Of a DNA stretch of 64,000 nucleotides, positions 50,471 to 63,330 are shown piece by piece. The notes under the pieces are model-generated. The model saw only the letters and a program-made list of their open reading frames with translations. It had not been told where the DNA came from and made no database searches. Position numbers and translations under genes: made by a program. Source of the stretch: Eledone cirrhosa (Eukaryota); NCBI GenBank assembly GCA_964016885.1, contig OZ024742.1, positions 100,874,001 through 100,938,000 on the forward strand, given 5' to 3'. Within the stretch, counting starts at the first letter, position 1. Each line of letters starts with the position of its first letter.

Positions 50471-53400
50471 ATAATAATAATAATGAAATATTGTGTACAG
50501 TGCTCAGGTGCACTACAACTCATCAAAAAGTGTATGTATATTACATAGGGTAATGTACAAACGTCAGGAAAATGAACAGTGCATGAGTCATGATATACAC
50601 GTGTGCATGTGTATGGAAGGGGTACATCAGGTGTAGTTTTGGTGTATTTTGGGAAGCATGAGAGTTTTAAAGGATGCAGTGTCTCAGCAGCTAACAACTG
50701 ACACAGGCAGTTTGTTCCATGCTTCAGCAACTCTGAGCGTGAAAAAATGTTTACAAAAGTCATGGGAGCTGTGCTGTTTTCTGATTTTGTAGGCATGTCC
50801 ATGTGTGTTAGACACATGGAGATCAAAAAGGTGCTCAGGGTTGTTGCTGGCGAGATGGTTAATAACTTTGTGGGTGTTTACCAAGTCCATTGCCAGACGT
50901 CGGAGCTTCAATGAATCCAGGGAAGCAAGGCGTTCAGAGTATGGTAGGTGTCTGATGGAGGGTATGCGCTTGGCTGCACATCTCTGAACAGTTTTCAGGA
51001 GGTCAATGTTCTGAGCAAGATAGGGATTCCAGACTGATGATGCGAATTCCAAGTGTGGTCGTACCATAGCTGTATACAGCTTTAAATAGATGGCTGGAGA
51101 ACGGCTAACAAAGGTCTTGCTGAGTGATGCCAAGACACCCTCGGCCTTCTTGACAATCTTAGAGACATGCTTTGTCCAACGCAAATCTCTGCTGACAGTA
51201 ATGCCCAGGTCACGTTCACAAGAGGACTTCTTGATATCAGTGTTGTGCAGGGAGTATGTGGACGCTAGATTTTTCCTCCCAAAATGCATGGTGGTACACT
51301 TGTCCACAGCCAGCTTCAGTTGCCAGTCTGTGATCCATTGCTGCATTGTGTCCAGGTCTGATTGTAGGAAAGAGTTGTAGATTTCAGGATCAGTCCTTTT
51401 GATTTCAAGGTACAGCTTGATGTCATCTGCATATTTCAGTACCATGGCATTCTTTAAGTTGGCATCTATGTCATTAATATATGCCACAAACAAAAGGGGA
51501 CCAAGAACAGATCCCTGTGGTACACCAGATGACATCTCATACGGTTCTAGGACAGCATTCTTCACCATGACTACCTCTTTTCGGCTGAGAATGAAGGATT
51601 TCAACCAGTTAAAAAGATCATCCCTCACACCCATTGCAGAGAGTTTTGCCATAAGTCTGTTGTGTGGCACAGAATTAAAAGCCTTAGCAAAGTCAAGGTA
51701 AACAACATCCACCCATAAGCCGCTGTCGGTGATCCGGGTAATGTCTTCAAGGAACTCAATAAGCTGATCACAACAGCTGGAGTTAGGGATAAATCCAAAC
51801 TGCGAGGGCCGGATGAAGCTGTGAGAGTTCCACAAGTTCCAAAGTGTTTCTCTGACACAGGATTCCATCAGTTTGGCAATACAGCTAGTAAGACTAACTG
51901 GACAATAGGTGACATGCAATCACCCTTTTTGAACAGGGGAATGACACTGGCAGTTTTCCACTGCTCCGGAGTAGCACCATTGTTGAGACAGTATTGAAAG
52001 AAGAAAGAAAGCTGGTGCAAAAGGAAGTACCCGCCATGTTTGAGAAGCAAGTATGTAACACCATCAAGACCAGAGGAGGCATAGTTGCGCTTATTCTTAA
52101 GGTGACGTCGCAACATTGCAGGTGTAAATTCCATAGTTGTTATGGAATTTGATGTTAGAGATGGTGGAGATGGTACATTCTGGTTTTCAACAGTAAAAAT
52201 ACTTGCATAGCACTCAGCAATGAGTTCTGCGCATTCTTTGGGATCGTCAGTGATCTGGCTTGTGTGGGGATTGCGAAGAGGACCAACTGGAGAGTGAGGT
52301 CTCTGCTTTGAATGAACATATTTTCAGAACACCTTACTGTCAGGATTGGTTGCTATGCACTGTTCAAATTCAAACACTGCCTTCTTTGTCATTCTTTGTC
52401 ACTTGCTTGAGATGGTTGGAAGATTTATTCCGCTTTTTTCTGTTGGCATCTGATTTATGCAGTTTATATTCCTGTTCAGCATTCCAACGTTCTTTCCTGG
52501 CAAGTTGGACCGCTGAAGTTTCCCAAATTGCACTTTTGGGGTGGGTTTTTTTCCTGCTTACATGCACACGCTATCCATATTGAGTCCAGGATGCTCTGGA
52601 GTATAGTGTTCACATCTCCAGAGTTATACAATTCATGCCAGTTTGGGCGCTGTAGCTCAGTGCAGTACAAGTTCCAATCTGCTTTCTTCCAATCAAAGCA
52701 AGCATATTGGAGATGGTTCTGGTTTTTGTTGCTGCCCACAAGAGCCAGATTGGCAATGATCATAGCATGATCAGAGTCGCCTAGAGGTTCCTCAGTAGTA
52801 CGACTGATAACCACTTCAGGAGTAGTGGTGAAGATCAGGTCCAAAGTGTTGTCACCTCTTGTTGGAGAGGTGACTACTTGTGACCAGTTTGAGTCCAGCA
52901 CTAGCTCAAGGAAATCGTTTGCACTTTGTGGCCAACGAAAGGTTTCCCAATTGATCTCAGGATGATTGAAGTCACCTGCAAAAACACATAAGTGGCTGTT
53001 TTCCTGGCAGCAACTCTGAGGATATTGCAAAGCTGTGTGTCCTGATGGTAGTTTGGGGGGGGGCGATAAACAACACCAAGCAGAAGTGTTGACATGGTCA
53101 TACGTATGTCACAAAAAAAAACTTCTTGTGATTCGTTCAAATCAACGCAAGGAATTACCGAAAAGTTTGAACGAACGTAGACCACCACCACCACGGCGAT
53201 TAATGCGGTCCTTGCGGAAAAGGTTGTACCCAGTAATGCTGAAAACCCCATCACAGAGTAAGGAATGTGCCCATGTTTCCGTGACTGTGATGAAGTCAGG
53301 GTCGATGCTTCTGACGTAGGAGTTAAACAGATGTATCTTGTTGCATAAACTGAGAGCATTTAAGGACAACAATTTGTACCCTGCTTGCAGTTTATGATGG
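50471..53400 (-). mobile_element. CR1-type LINE with near-complete APE-endonuclease/RT ORF2 broken by several frameshifts
   Basis: EN motifs LSLNA..NK, VTETW, FRKDR..RGGG, GDFN, TLDLIF, SDH; RT motifs YLDFAKAFNSV, GVPQGSVLGPLLF, YADD; C-terminal HFFTLRVAEAWNKLP; (ATT)n tail near 50,471. Split over at least 6 ORF pieces. Confidence 0.95.
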
Positions 53401-53784
53401 TGTGTAGAGGGTGGCAGGTTGTTCTGGTATATATAAAGAAATCGACTGTGCTCTGACCTGGAGAGGGAATGAGCTCCACTATGTTTAAAGTACCCATGTG
53501 TCACAATGACACTCCTATAACGTCAGGAATTACGTGTCCATACATATATTATCCATTTTACACATTTATCTGTCAGTCTTTTCCATCACTTCCACACACA
53601 CATACAAACACACAGGGTCTATCAACATTTACAATAATCAATATGGAATTCCTCTTTGTTCTTCCTTCCTTCATTTCCAGTATGCCTTAGTTGTGCACCT
53701 GGGTACACACTGCACTTTGGTGTGTACTGCATTTTGTTGTCTGTACAGCTGAGTGATACATGCAGAAGACATAAAAAATGTAAA

Positions 53785-54075
53785 TTGTTGACCACTGGTC
53801 AATATTAACGACACAGATAGTAATATGTTGACCACTGATCAACGTGGTTGCTACATTGGTGGAAGGTGCAAATTTTGGATATTTACATATTGCTGAGGCC
53901 TGTTTGGTCAATATATTGTTAGTCTCTATGTCAGGTATGTAAGACCACTGGTCACTCTATTGTTAGTCTGTATGATCACTGGTCAATATACTGTTAGTCT
54001 ATGACCACTGGTTACTATATTGTTGAGTCTTGAGTGATCAGTTGTCAGTCTGTATTACTGGTATCTATGACCACT
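53785..54075. repeat. Degenerate tandem repeat with near-palindromic core TGACCACTGGTCA
   Basis: Core recurs near 53,789, 53,830, 53,943, 53,973, 54,002, 54,068. Confidence 0.65.
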
Positions 54076-54493
54076 TATAATAGCTTAACTTCTCAATTCA
54101 GAATAATCAGAAGCAGAGTTACACATCGTTCCCCTTACGAAGCCTAATATAATGGCATGTTATAACGTTCATCAAATCTCATGTATGCAAGTGGTAGGCA
54201 GTCAACAGCCATAGTATATTTTAAAATAACTTCTCTACCCTGAATCATTGATTTCAATCTTCTCTATCTCTATTGGAAATATAAATTATTGATTCAATGT
54301 TAAATGGTGGCTCAGCTAACAGATGGCTGAGAAGAAGACATAATGATGGGATATTTTGTGACAATGTTTTACAGTTGGATACCTTTCCTGATGTCAAACC
54401 TTTTAGTCATTTTGTACAATATGCAAGGATAAGGTGTACTATTCTAAAATTCAGTATGCATACTAAGTAACTTTTACAGTCATTATATATTGG

Positions 54494-54681
54494 GGGGCAG
54501 TGGATTGGCAGTATCGGTAGAGGGTCGGACGCCATGCTTTGACGCATAGAGTTACGGCCCTTGCCATTCTGAGTTCAAATCCCGCCGAGGTTGACTTTGC
54601 CTTTCATCCTTACGGGGTCGATAAAATAAAGTACCAGTAATACACTGGGTAATTGCTGGCCTTGTGCCAAAAGTAGAAACA
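54494..54681 (+). mobile_element. SINE (GCCTTTCATCCTTACGGGGTCGATAAA family) with a 12-bp target-site duplication
   Basis: Box B GAGTTCAAATCC; ATTATATATTGG at 54,482 and 54,682. Confidence 0.85.
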
Positions 54682-56040
54682 ATTATATATTGGTGTTTTA
54701 TTTATGTTTGGTATATATGACATACAATTAAGTTAGAAATGGTTAATGTGATGGTGGTGTTGGCTATAGTATTGGTGGTGGTGGTGGTGGTTATAGTATT
54801 GGTGGTGGTGAAATTTAGATTTGCAGACTGGATTGTCAGGTTTGCTAACTAATAGTCAACTCTTATATTCATAAACATTCACACACACACACACACACAT
54901 GCACTGACACACTCATATAAACACTTTCTCTCACATACACACAAAGGAGGAAATATTAAAGAAGTCAGTTTTAACACCAATCCTCACCAATATATGATCT
55001 ATATATCAACCTACCAATTTTATGATAAGAGAAGTTATAATAGAATTGAACCCTGCACCAGGCCCTTTCTATAGAAACTATTCAACATCTTAGTTTTCCT
55101 TATCTTTGTTAAAAATCTCATCTACAAAGGTTTCTTCATAAAACTGTTTACCTGGTCACGAAACTCCCTTTGTTATACCAGTAATTAATCAATCCCTGTT
55201 GCATGTCTGCACCTATCTCTTTCACTGTTTTAAATCTATAAATGTTTATATACCTTTGTACTTGTAACATTTAGCAAAAGTGCACATCTTGGTGGATAAG
55301 GTATTGGGCTCTCAATTATAAGGTCATCAGTTTGATTCCTGGTGGCATATTATATCCATAAGCAAGACACATTATTTCACATTGTTCCAGTCCACTCATT
55401 TGGGAAAAATGAGTTGTACTTGTATTTCAAAGGACTAGCTATGTCACACATTGTCTCACACTGGATATCCCTGAGAACTATGTCTACGTCTGTAGAATGC
55501 TCAGTCACTTGCACGTTATCACAAAATGGCTGTTCTATTCTTCAAACAGCTAAGACACTCAACATCAGAAATGAAGGCAGTCTACTTGTAACATTTAGTT
55601 CCATTTTGTAATTTATGTCACACTTCATTCCCTCTACCATTCAGAATTTACAATGTGTCTTAAGAGGTGACTAAAAGGATTGGTTTGGTGTAGGGCATCC
55701 AGCCATAAAATATTGCTTCAAAAAGGAACCCATGTTGATTATAAAGCCTGTCATAGAGCCCCCATAAGCTAGCCCTGGGGAATTGGCCTTGAAACACTTT
55801 TAGTTTTTGCATAATTTTCTCAGTATTAGATTCATTCTTACTTTACTTAAAACATAAATTTGCGAGATTGTTTGGGAAAGAAATAGAGCAGACCTTGTAT
55901 ATTCCTTGTGTGTGTGCATCAGGCATATGTATGGTAATTATCAAAAACATATTCCACTTCAAAACACCATTAACCCAATGCCATTTTAAGTCTCTCAGAT
56001 AACCTGAGATGATGACTACATAATTTATGAAGTATATAAG

Positions 56041-56072
<32 letters not shown>

Positions 56073-56305
56073 GTCTAAAATAGTTTATGCTAGGAAGGGC
56101 ATCCAGCTACAGAAATCTTGCCAAAAATGAAACATGTGAGCTAGGCATGGTTCTCCAGCCAGTGTAGTCTTGGACTATGAAAGTCAGTCCAAATCATACC
56201 AGCAAGGAAAATAAACATAAAACAATGATGATGATGATGATGATATATTAATATTATGAGGGCAACACAACTGACATGACCTGAAACTTAATATCATTAC
56301 GTGTA

Positions 56306-56491
56306 TGAGGGTCAACTGAAAAGTTCATATGCTGACCAAGATACTTTCATGGAATGACCAAATGAGGTTTATTTTTCAACACTGTCCCTGGAAGTTATTA
56401 GTAAGAAGATTTGACATTAATGCATGTAAGATTTCATAGTTTTGACATCACTCCTTCATAATCAGCCTATGAACTTTTCAGCCAGCCCTCA
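56306..56491. mobile_element. Mariner-type MITE
   Basis: TA|TGAGGGTCAACTGAAAAGTTCATATGCTGA ... TCAGCCTATGAACTTTTCAGCCAGCCCTCA|TA. Confidence 0.8.
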
Positions 56492-56551
56492 TATTTTGTG
56501 ATTGTATTTTCACCAACTTTTCATCCGTGGTGGAAGCATTTCTGGTTTATG

Positions 56552-56786
56552 TATATCAGAAGGGTTTATATTAGAGGGGCTATATCAAAAGGGTTTATAA
56601 CAGAGAGGCTTACAACAGAAGGGTTTATAGCAAAGGGTTTATATCAGAAGGGCTCATATCAGAAGGGCCCATATCAGAAGGGTTTATATCAGAAGGGCTC
56701 GTATCAGAAGGGCTCATATCAGAAGGGCTCGTATCAGAAGGGCTCGTATCAGAAGGGCTCATATCAGAAGGGTTTATATCAGAAAG
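56552..56786. repeat. 15-bp minisatellite (RTATCAGAAGGGCTC)
   Basis: Direct reading; produces the spurious (YQKGS)n and (SPSDM)n ORFs. Confidence 0.92.
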
Positions 56787-57171
56787 TTTAACAAGCAAGA
56801 AAAATAGTGTAAACATAAGAATCTGATATATTTTATTCCACATAATAAACATACCCTCCATACAATAAGTGCACCAATACACTCAGAAAACCTGCCAAAC
56901 AAAGAATCAGGAAGACTCTTCAACTGTGTCAAAGACATGACAACCACCTTAGTGCTGATGCCATAAGGAAATGCACTCAGTAGGATGCAGGAATGTATGT
57001 AAGCCAGATGCAGGCCCCTGATTCATCTGAGAGATCAGTAACTCAGCTTGAGTAATGACTCTATGAAGACCCATCAAGCTCTTGCTACTGGGGAAATAGA
57101 TGTTAAAAGATGATAATGATAACATATGCTATGTAGGCAAGAAAATAAAACATTAATTCCAATGTAATAAT

Positions 57172-57355
57172 TGTTTCTACTTTAGGCACAAGGCCAGCAA
57201 TTACCCAGTGCATTACTGGTACTATATTTTATCGACCCCGTAAGGATGAAAGGCAAAGTCAACCTTGGCAGGATTTGAACTCAGATCGTAAAGGGACGTA
57301 ACTATGCTGGAAAGCATGGCGTTCGACCCTCTACTGATACTACCAATCCACCGCT
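57172..57355 (-). mobile_element. SINE, same family as 54,494, inverted, with a 20-bp target-site duplication
   Basis: ATTAATTCCAATGTAATAAT at 57,152-57,171 and 57,356-57,375. Confidence 0.88.
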
Positions 57356-57977
57356 ATTAATTCCAATGTAATAATGAAATAAGATGAGTGTTTGTTTTTG
57401 ATGTAAATGTAAATAAATACTGAGTTAAATGATAGACCTTTGTAAAATCCTGATTCTTTGTATCAATGTCACACAATATTAGTGTTTTGAAAGAATCTGT
57501 TATACAAGCATTGTATCATGATAAAAAGCACCCAGTACACACTGTAAATGTGGTTGACATAAGAATATAAAGAAAATCCTGTATATTATAATTTATATAA
57601 GGTGAATAATTGAAACGTTGGTAAAAATGCTTTAAGGTATTTATCCCAGCTCTTTATGTTCTAAGCTCAACTTTGCCTTTCATCCTTCCAAGGTCAATAA
57701 ATAAAGTACCAGTAAAATATTGGTGTTGATATAATCGATTTTTTTTCTTTCTCCTCAAAATTGTTGCCTTTGTGTCTAAATTAGATATCCAGCTGTAGAA
57801 AACCAAACCAAAAAGAGCATATGAGCATGACCTATCTGGCCTTATAACATGTCTGCCCACGGAAAATAGACGTTCATGATATTATAATTTATATTCGTTC
57901 ATGTTAATGCTGTATTATTTTAATGCCTTATTAATATTGGTCTTTCTCTATCTCCCTTTTTTTTTTGTTTTTTCCAG

Positions 57978-58128
57978 ATTTTCTGCGCTGTGATTGCTGG
58001 TGTTCTTCATTTTCTCTTTTTAGCAGCATTTTGTTGGATGTGTCTTGAAGGCATCCTGCTCTATATAATGCTTATTGAAGTCTTTGAGGCAGAATCTCGT
58101 CGAACTGCTTTTTACCTTTTCGGTTATG
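57978..58128 (+). CDS. Cirl: aGPCR exon: TM3-ICL2 ([51 protein letters not shown])
   Basis: Acceptor tttccag, donor G|gtaggt, phase 0-1. Confidence 0.95.
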
Positions 58129-59982
58129 GTAGGTTGGATGTTTCTTTCAACCCTTTCCTTTTCATGTTTCCTATGAAAGATACTACCTATGATTTTCATT
58201 TAATTTTGAAAATAAAGATTTGGAGAGACTTGATAATATAACTAACTTATTCATTATCAAGCAGGCATTTGGAACAGAACTTAACAAACGTTGTTACATA
58301 AAATGATGGACAAACATCTTTGTATCTTAGAACCAGGGCTGGTTTCCAGTAGTTTAGTTTGCCACTCCATACAATGTTTCTGAGGATAGTCACAAAAGTA
58401 GATGTGATTTTTCAAGGATAATCACAGAGTTGCATAACTGCTATCATTTGGCCTACACATCAATTAGTTTGCTCTCCAAAATGATTGTAAAACAATGGAT
58501 TAACTAACTACTTCACCTTGTCTTACTTTTTCATTCTTTAACATTTTATCTATGTATGTATGTGTGTGTGTGTAGGTGTAAATATATATATGTATATATT
58601 ATATATATGATAAATGTATATCTGTATATATATATACACTAAAGAGGTTACCAAAATTGTGTAAATGTGCATATAAATTTACACATTAAGCGTATAGACA
58701 CATATATATTATCCCCATAAATTTTTTTTTTAATTATATTGATTTTTTTTCTAATTTAATTGGGTTCTCTTAATGTGTTAATTTATATACTTGTTACCTG
58801 GACAAGACAGCCTCCCTTAGTGTTGGTGATCTACACAATAAACATACCTAATACATACCATAATGTCGTTGGAGATAGGAAGGGCATCCAGCCATAGAAA
58901 ACTTGCCAATGGGTTGGGAGGATCCTCCAGTCATGTCAAGATCATGAGAATCTCCCTAATGTTAGTAATCGACACGATAAACGTACCCAGTACATTCTGT
59001 AATGTGTTTGGTGATAGGAAGGGCATCCAACCATAGAAAACTTGCCAAACAAAGGGTTGGGAGAATCCTCAGGTGTGTCAAAGACATATCAACCTCCTCC
59101 GTGCACTCAATGGAATGTGAGACCGTACATACGTGAGACAACAAATCCCTGGCCTGCCTGGGAGATCAGTAGCCACTACTTCAGTACTGACTTGCTCTAT
59201 ATGGACCCATCAATTTTGCTAGCAGGGAAAGCGGATCTTAAAACAATGACGATAATGATGTTACCTCTGTACTGTATATATATATATATATACAGCTATA
59301 AATTTGTATACTTTCGCTGCTTAACATACAGTTTAATATATATCATTTAACATGTATATACATCATCATCATCATCATCATATATACATTTATATAGAAA
59401 TGACATCTTTAGGACTAGAGGTGATGGTTTCATCTAAATAAAACAATTCTAGTCTTGTAGAAGTCATTTCTATATAAAATAAAGATGCCTATTCTCTACT
59501 GACATATTGAGTACCTTCTTTAACTGTGGTCATCTCCCGAAAGCCATCAGGAATCTAGCCATAATCATATATATATATATATATATATATAAAGGGTAAA
59601 GATCCCCTTTGGTCATGAATGACCATGGAATTTGCACCTAGAAAGTAGTCCTCCAAGGTACAAGCCCAGGTAAGGTTATTTATGGATGACCAGCAATCAC
59701 ACATGCATGCCAGTCTCCTCTCTCCATCCCATCAATGTTGTCCAAAGGAAAAGCAAAAGCTGATACAGCTTAGCACCAGTGACACCACACTCATTTCTAC
59801 AGCTGAGTGAATTTGAGCAATGTGAAATAGTGTCTTCTTGAAGAACTCAACACACCACTTGGTCTGAGAATCAAACTCACAACCGCACAATGTAAACCCA
59901 ATGCTCTAAACTCTAGGCCATGCACCTTCACAATTATATATGTATGTATAAGCCTCTTGACCATTTTCTGTTTATTTTACAG

Positions 59983-60049
59983 GAATCCCTGCTCTGATTG
60001 TTGGAATCGCACTTGGTGTAGATTACACAGGATATGGCACAGATAGGCA
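59983..60049 (+). CDS. Cirl: aGPCR exon: TM4-ECL2 (GIPALIVGIALGVDYTGYGTDR)
   Basis: Acceptor ttttacag, donor CA|gtgagt, 67 nt, phase 1-2. Confidence 0.92.
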
Positions 60050-60617
60050 GTGAGTTTTCTTTTTCTTTCTGACTTTCATAACTGCAAGTCCTAAAATTAT
60101 GATCTTCATAACTACAAATCCTAGAGTTATGACTAACCATGATTTTTCACCTAGAAAGGGCCAAGCCTGGACAAGGACTTTTATAGAAAATCCAGTCATC
60201 CTTGTATGCCAGCCCCTCTTTCTATACTACCAAGTCTTCTCTCCAGACCACCTATGTTGGCCAAGGAAAAAGTAAAGCCTATATAACATGTTACCAGTGT
60301 TGTTGCAGCTCATTTTTTTGCTGCTGAGTGAACTGGAGCAATGTGAAATAAAGTGTCTTTCTCAAGGACACAATGTTCTGCCTAGGCAGAGAATTGAACT
60401 AAGGACGTTACAATGATAAGCCCAACATCCTAACTCTTAAGCCACACATCTTCACAACCCTCTATGTAGTTGAAATTTTGTGAAATATTGTTTATTTCCT
60501 GTGTTTAAATGTAATAAAACATATTTTGTTATTTTTTTAATTTCAAATCTAAATCATGTTCTTTGTGAGGAATCTAGTTTTACCAATATTTTATTTGGAT
60601 CTATTTTTCTTTTCCAG

Positions 60618-60684
60618 TTGCTGGTTGAGGATTGATAATTATTTTATTCTTAGCTTTGTGGTACCGGTTGGCATTATAATTCTT
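60618..60684 (+). CDS. Cirl: aGPCR exon: ECL2-TM5 (HCWLRIDNYFILSFVVPVGIIIL)
   Basis: Acceptor tttccag, donor gtaagt, 67 nt, phase 2-0; CWL motif. Confidence 0.93.
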
Positions 60685-60705
60685 GTAAGTAATGGTAGAT
60701 ATATA

Positions 60706-60740
<35 letters not shown>

Positions 60741-60800
60741 CTTGCTACTTGTATTCACAAATCTAAACACACACACATATATGTATATATATATACATAC

Positions 60801-60831
<31 letters not shown>

Positions 60832-61929
60832 TGCACACCTTAACACCTTATGAATTATTGAAGTGCTAGGGTTGTTTGAAATTTGAAAATGTGACAGCCT
60901 GAATGCAGAAAATAACTAATAAAAGTCAATCATCATCATCATCATCTTACATCCGCTTTTCCCTGCTTGCAAGGATGTTGGACTCATGAGCATAAGGCTG
61001 TGGGTTCGATACCTGGACCACGTGGTGCATTGTGTACTTAAGGTGCTACATTACATGTTGCTTTTCATGATATGAGTGTGGTCTCTATCATTTCAGATGT
61101 AACCCCATAGGCAGCCAGTTAAACCTACATGGGTATCAGCTATAACAACAATGCTAATCTCCAAGTTCCAAAATTTCTTTTAACCCTTTAGCATTTACAT
61201 TACTCTATATTTACCATTGTATGTTCATGGTAAAGACTTTATCTCACATAATACTGAATCTATGAGATTTTGATATTATTTATTTTGAGTTAATAGCCAT
61301 CCACCCCAACTATGAGTTAACTAACCTCACAACCTGCAATCGGCCAAGTTTGGTGAGTACAGCTACACGCCACCCCACTCCCCCAGATAGGTTAAACTCC
61401 TTGACAATAATTCATGCGATCCTTGTAACTGTCTTCTTATCTTGCCTTGGCTTGTCACTGGACACATAGCTACGGGGATGGAGTGGATGCTATGTGTGTA
61501 GCACAAGCATGTAACATTGCCATCTTTATGTGCAGATATTTCTTCACAAGTCCCACAGCAGTGGAGGAGTGTGAACGTGTGCAGACTCAACTGGTTAGAA
61601 GCACTTGGACAGGTTGAGTCTTATTCTAACATCACTGCACTGTTAACCTGAACGGAAACATGCTTTGGCAGAATCCTGTGCATCTGAGCAGCCCTTTTTG
61701 GAGATGTACTGCTCACCCGTTCCACTTGGGAAGGGTTTAGAACAGGTGACCTAAACAAAATCTGTTCAGTCATCAAGCTGGCCAACAGCCTAGAGTTTGT
61801 GTTGGTTCATAATAGCAGGGAATTCATTGAAGAGATAGCCCTCTTCTGTAAAGAAGTGGCTGTTATCTCACACACACACACACAGCCAACATCTTATAGT
61901 AACAGCCTCTATTGTCTCTTGTCTTATAG

Positions 61930-62024
61930 ATTAATATGTCTATGTTGATCTTGGCAATATACATGATGCACACCCATGCTAACACTGCTAACACTAAAGA
62001 AAGGTCAACGAAAGAAAAAATAAA
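61930..62024 (+). CDS. Cirl: aGPCR exon: end of TM5 and ICL3 (INMSMLILAIYMMHTHANTANTKERSTKEKI)
   Basis: Acceptor cttatag, donor AA|gtaagt, phase 0-2; begins with the conserved TM5 Asn. Confidence 0.88.
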
Positions 62025-63080
62025 GTAAGTTCACTCCCTTTCATTGATTTATTGACTTTTTTTTATTAATTATTGATGTATATATTGTTTTGTGTAACTT
62101 CTATACTTTTGTTCTTTTTGTTTCAATTTTATTTTATGAAGATATATATCTAAAAATAATAACAACAATAATAATCATTTCTAATTTACGCGCAAGGCCA
62201 GCAATTGGGAGAGGGAGAAAGTTGATTAAATCAACCTCAGTACTTGATTGGTACATTATCAACATAGGGATGAAAGGCAAAGTTGACCTCAGTGGGACTT
62301 GAATTCAGGATGTAAAGAGCCAGAACAAATACTGCAAGGCATTTTATCTAAAACTCTACCAATTCTGCCAATCCATCAGCCTTCTGTGAAATATTGATCT
62401 CTAATTTAGACACAAGGCCAATATGACAGCCTCTCTGATGCTGGTGCATGTTAAAATGTATCCAGTGCATTCTGTAAACTGATGAATAATTGAGCAGGAA
62501 GAGTATGGAGGACCCTTTTATCTTGCTAAATACATCACAACCTTTCTGGTGCTTGTGTCATGATAAAATACTTCTAATATATTCTATAAAGTGGTTTGTG
62601 TTAAGAAGGGCATTTAACTATAGAAACCATGCCATAAATGAAACTTTCAAGTGAGATGCAGTCCTTCACTCTGTCTAGAAGGGACAATAGCTTTGAATAA
62701 GAACTGACTCAGATTGTAACATCTCATCTTACTCATGCCAGCATTCATAGTCGATAAATAAAGTACTAGTCAAGGGCAGTATATTGGTAAACTTATTAGA
62801 GTATCAAGGAAGATGCCTTGTAGTTTTTGTTCCAGCATTTTACATCTTGAGTTCAAATCCCACTATGGCCGACTTGAATAGTAGACTAGTTTAACACCTC
62901 TTGAGTGCTATTTGTAGAGTCCACTCTGTTGCAAGTATTTGGGCCAGGTCTTTGGTTTGAGGATACCTTCATCAGCTTCCTCACACCAGTCACAAAAGCT
63001 CTGAAAAGGATCATGGACACTGTCCTTCCCTCCTCGACTAAACAATAACATAATAAATAACACTAGTTTAATATATTTAT

Positions 63081-63330
63081 CCCTTTTGATACCAAACTGT
63101 CTGAAACCGCCTCAAGTTCTACAATAGAAATTGTATATTTTAAAGTGTTTATATTTACCTATAAAACTTCCATAATAATTTCATATAAGAACGTTTAAGT
63201 TATATTTCAAACACCAATTTAATAATGAGAAAGTTAGTTATGTTACTAAAATTTACCAAATTCTTCATTGCATTCAAAATTATTTGAAAATCATAGACAC
63301 TGTTTTTATTAGAAAATGTTAATGAAAGAG
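63081..63330. mobile_element. piggyBac-like MITE family B
   Basis: CCCTTTTGATACCAAACTG ... GAAAGAG|TTAA; internal homology to ~43,356-43,530 and ~49,860-50,048. Confidence 0.65.

Larger units (their letters stand above)
24090..62024 (+). other. Cirl: Latrophilin/Cirl-like adhesion GPCR gene (partial; 14 exons, 2,095 coding nt, ~698 aa; lacks N-terminus and TM6-7/C-tail in this window)
   Basis: All 14 exons have AG/GT boundaries and matching phases. Domain order is S/T stalk, HormR, GAIN/GPS, secretin-type TM1-5. Motifs [29 protein letters not shown] and YGTDRHCWL are latrophilin-like. Orthology was not tested. Confidence 0.88.

Noticed and set aside
50805-53319. Plus-strand ORFs over the LINE (and 22,315-22,710 over the maT element)
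   Set aside because: Antisense shadows of TE coding sequence.
56498-56882. (YQKGS)n or (SPSDM)n repeat protein
   Set aside because: A 15-bp intronic minisatellite with no usable splice sites in phase with the gene.
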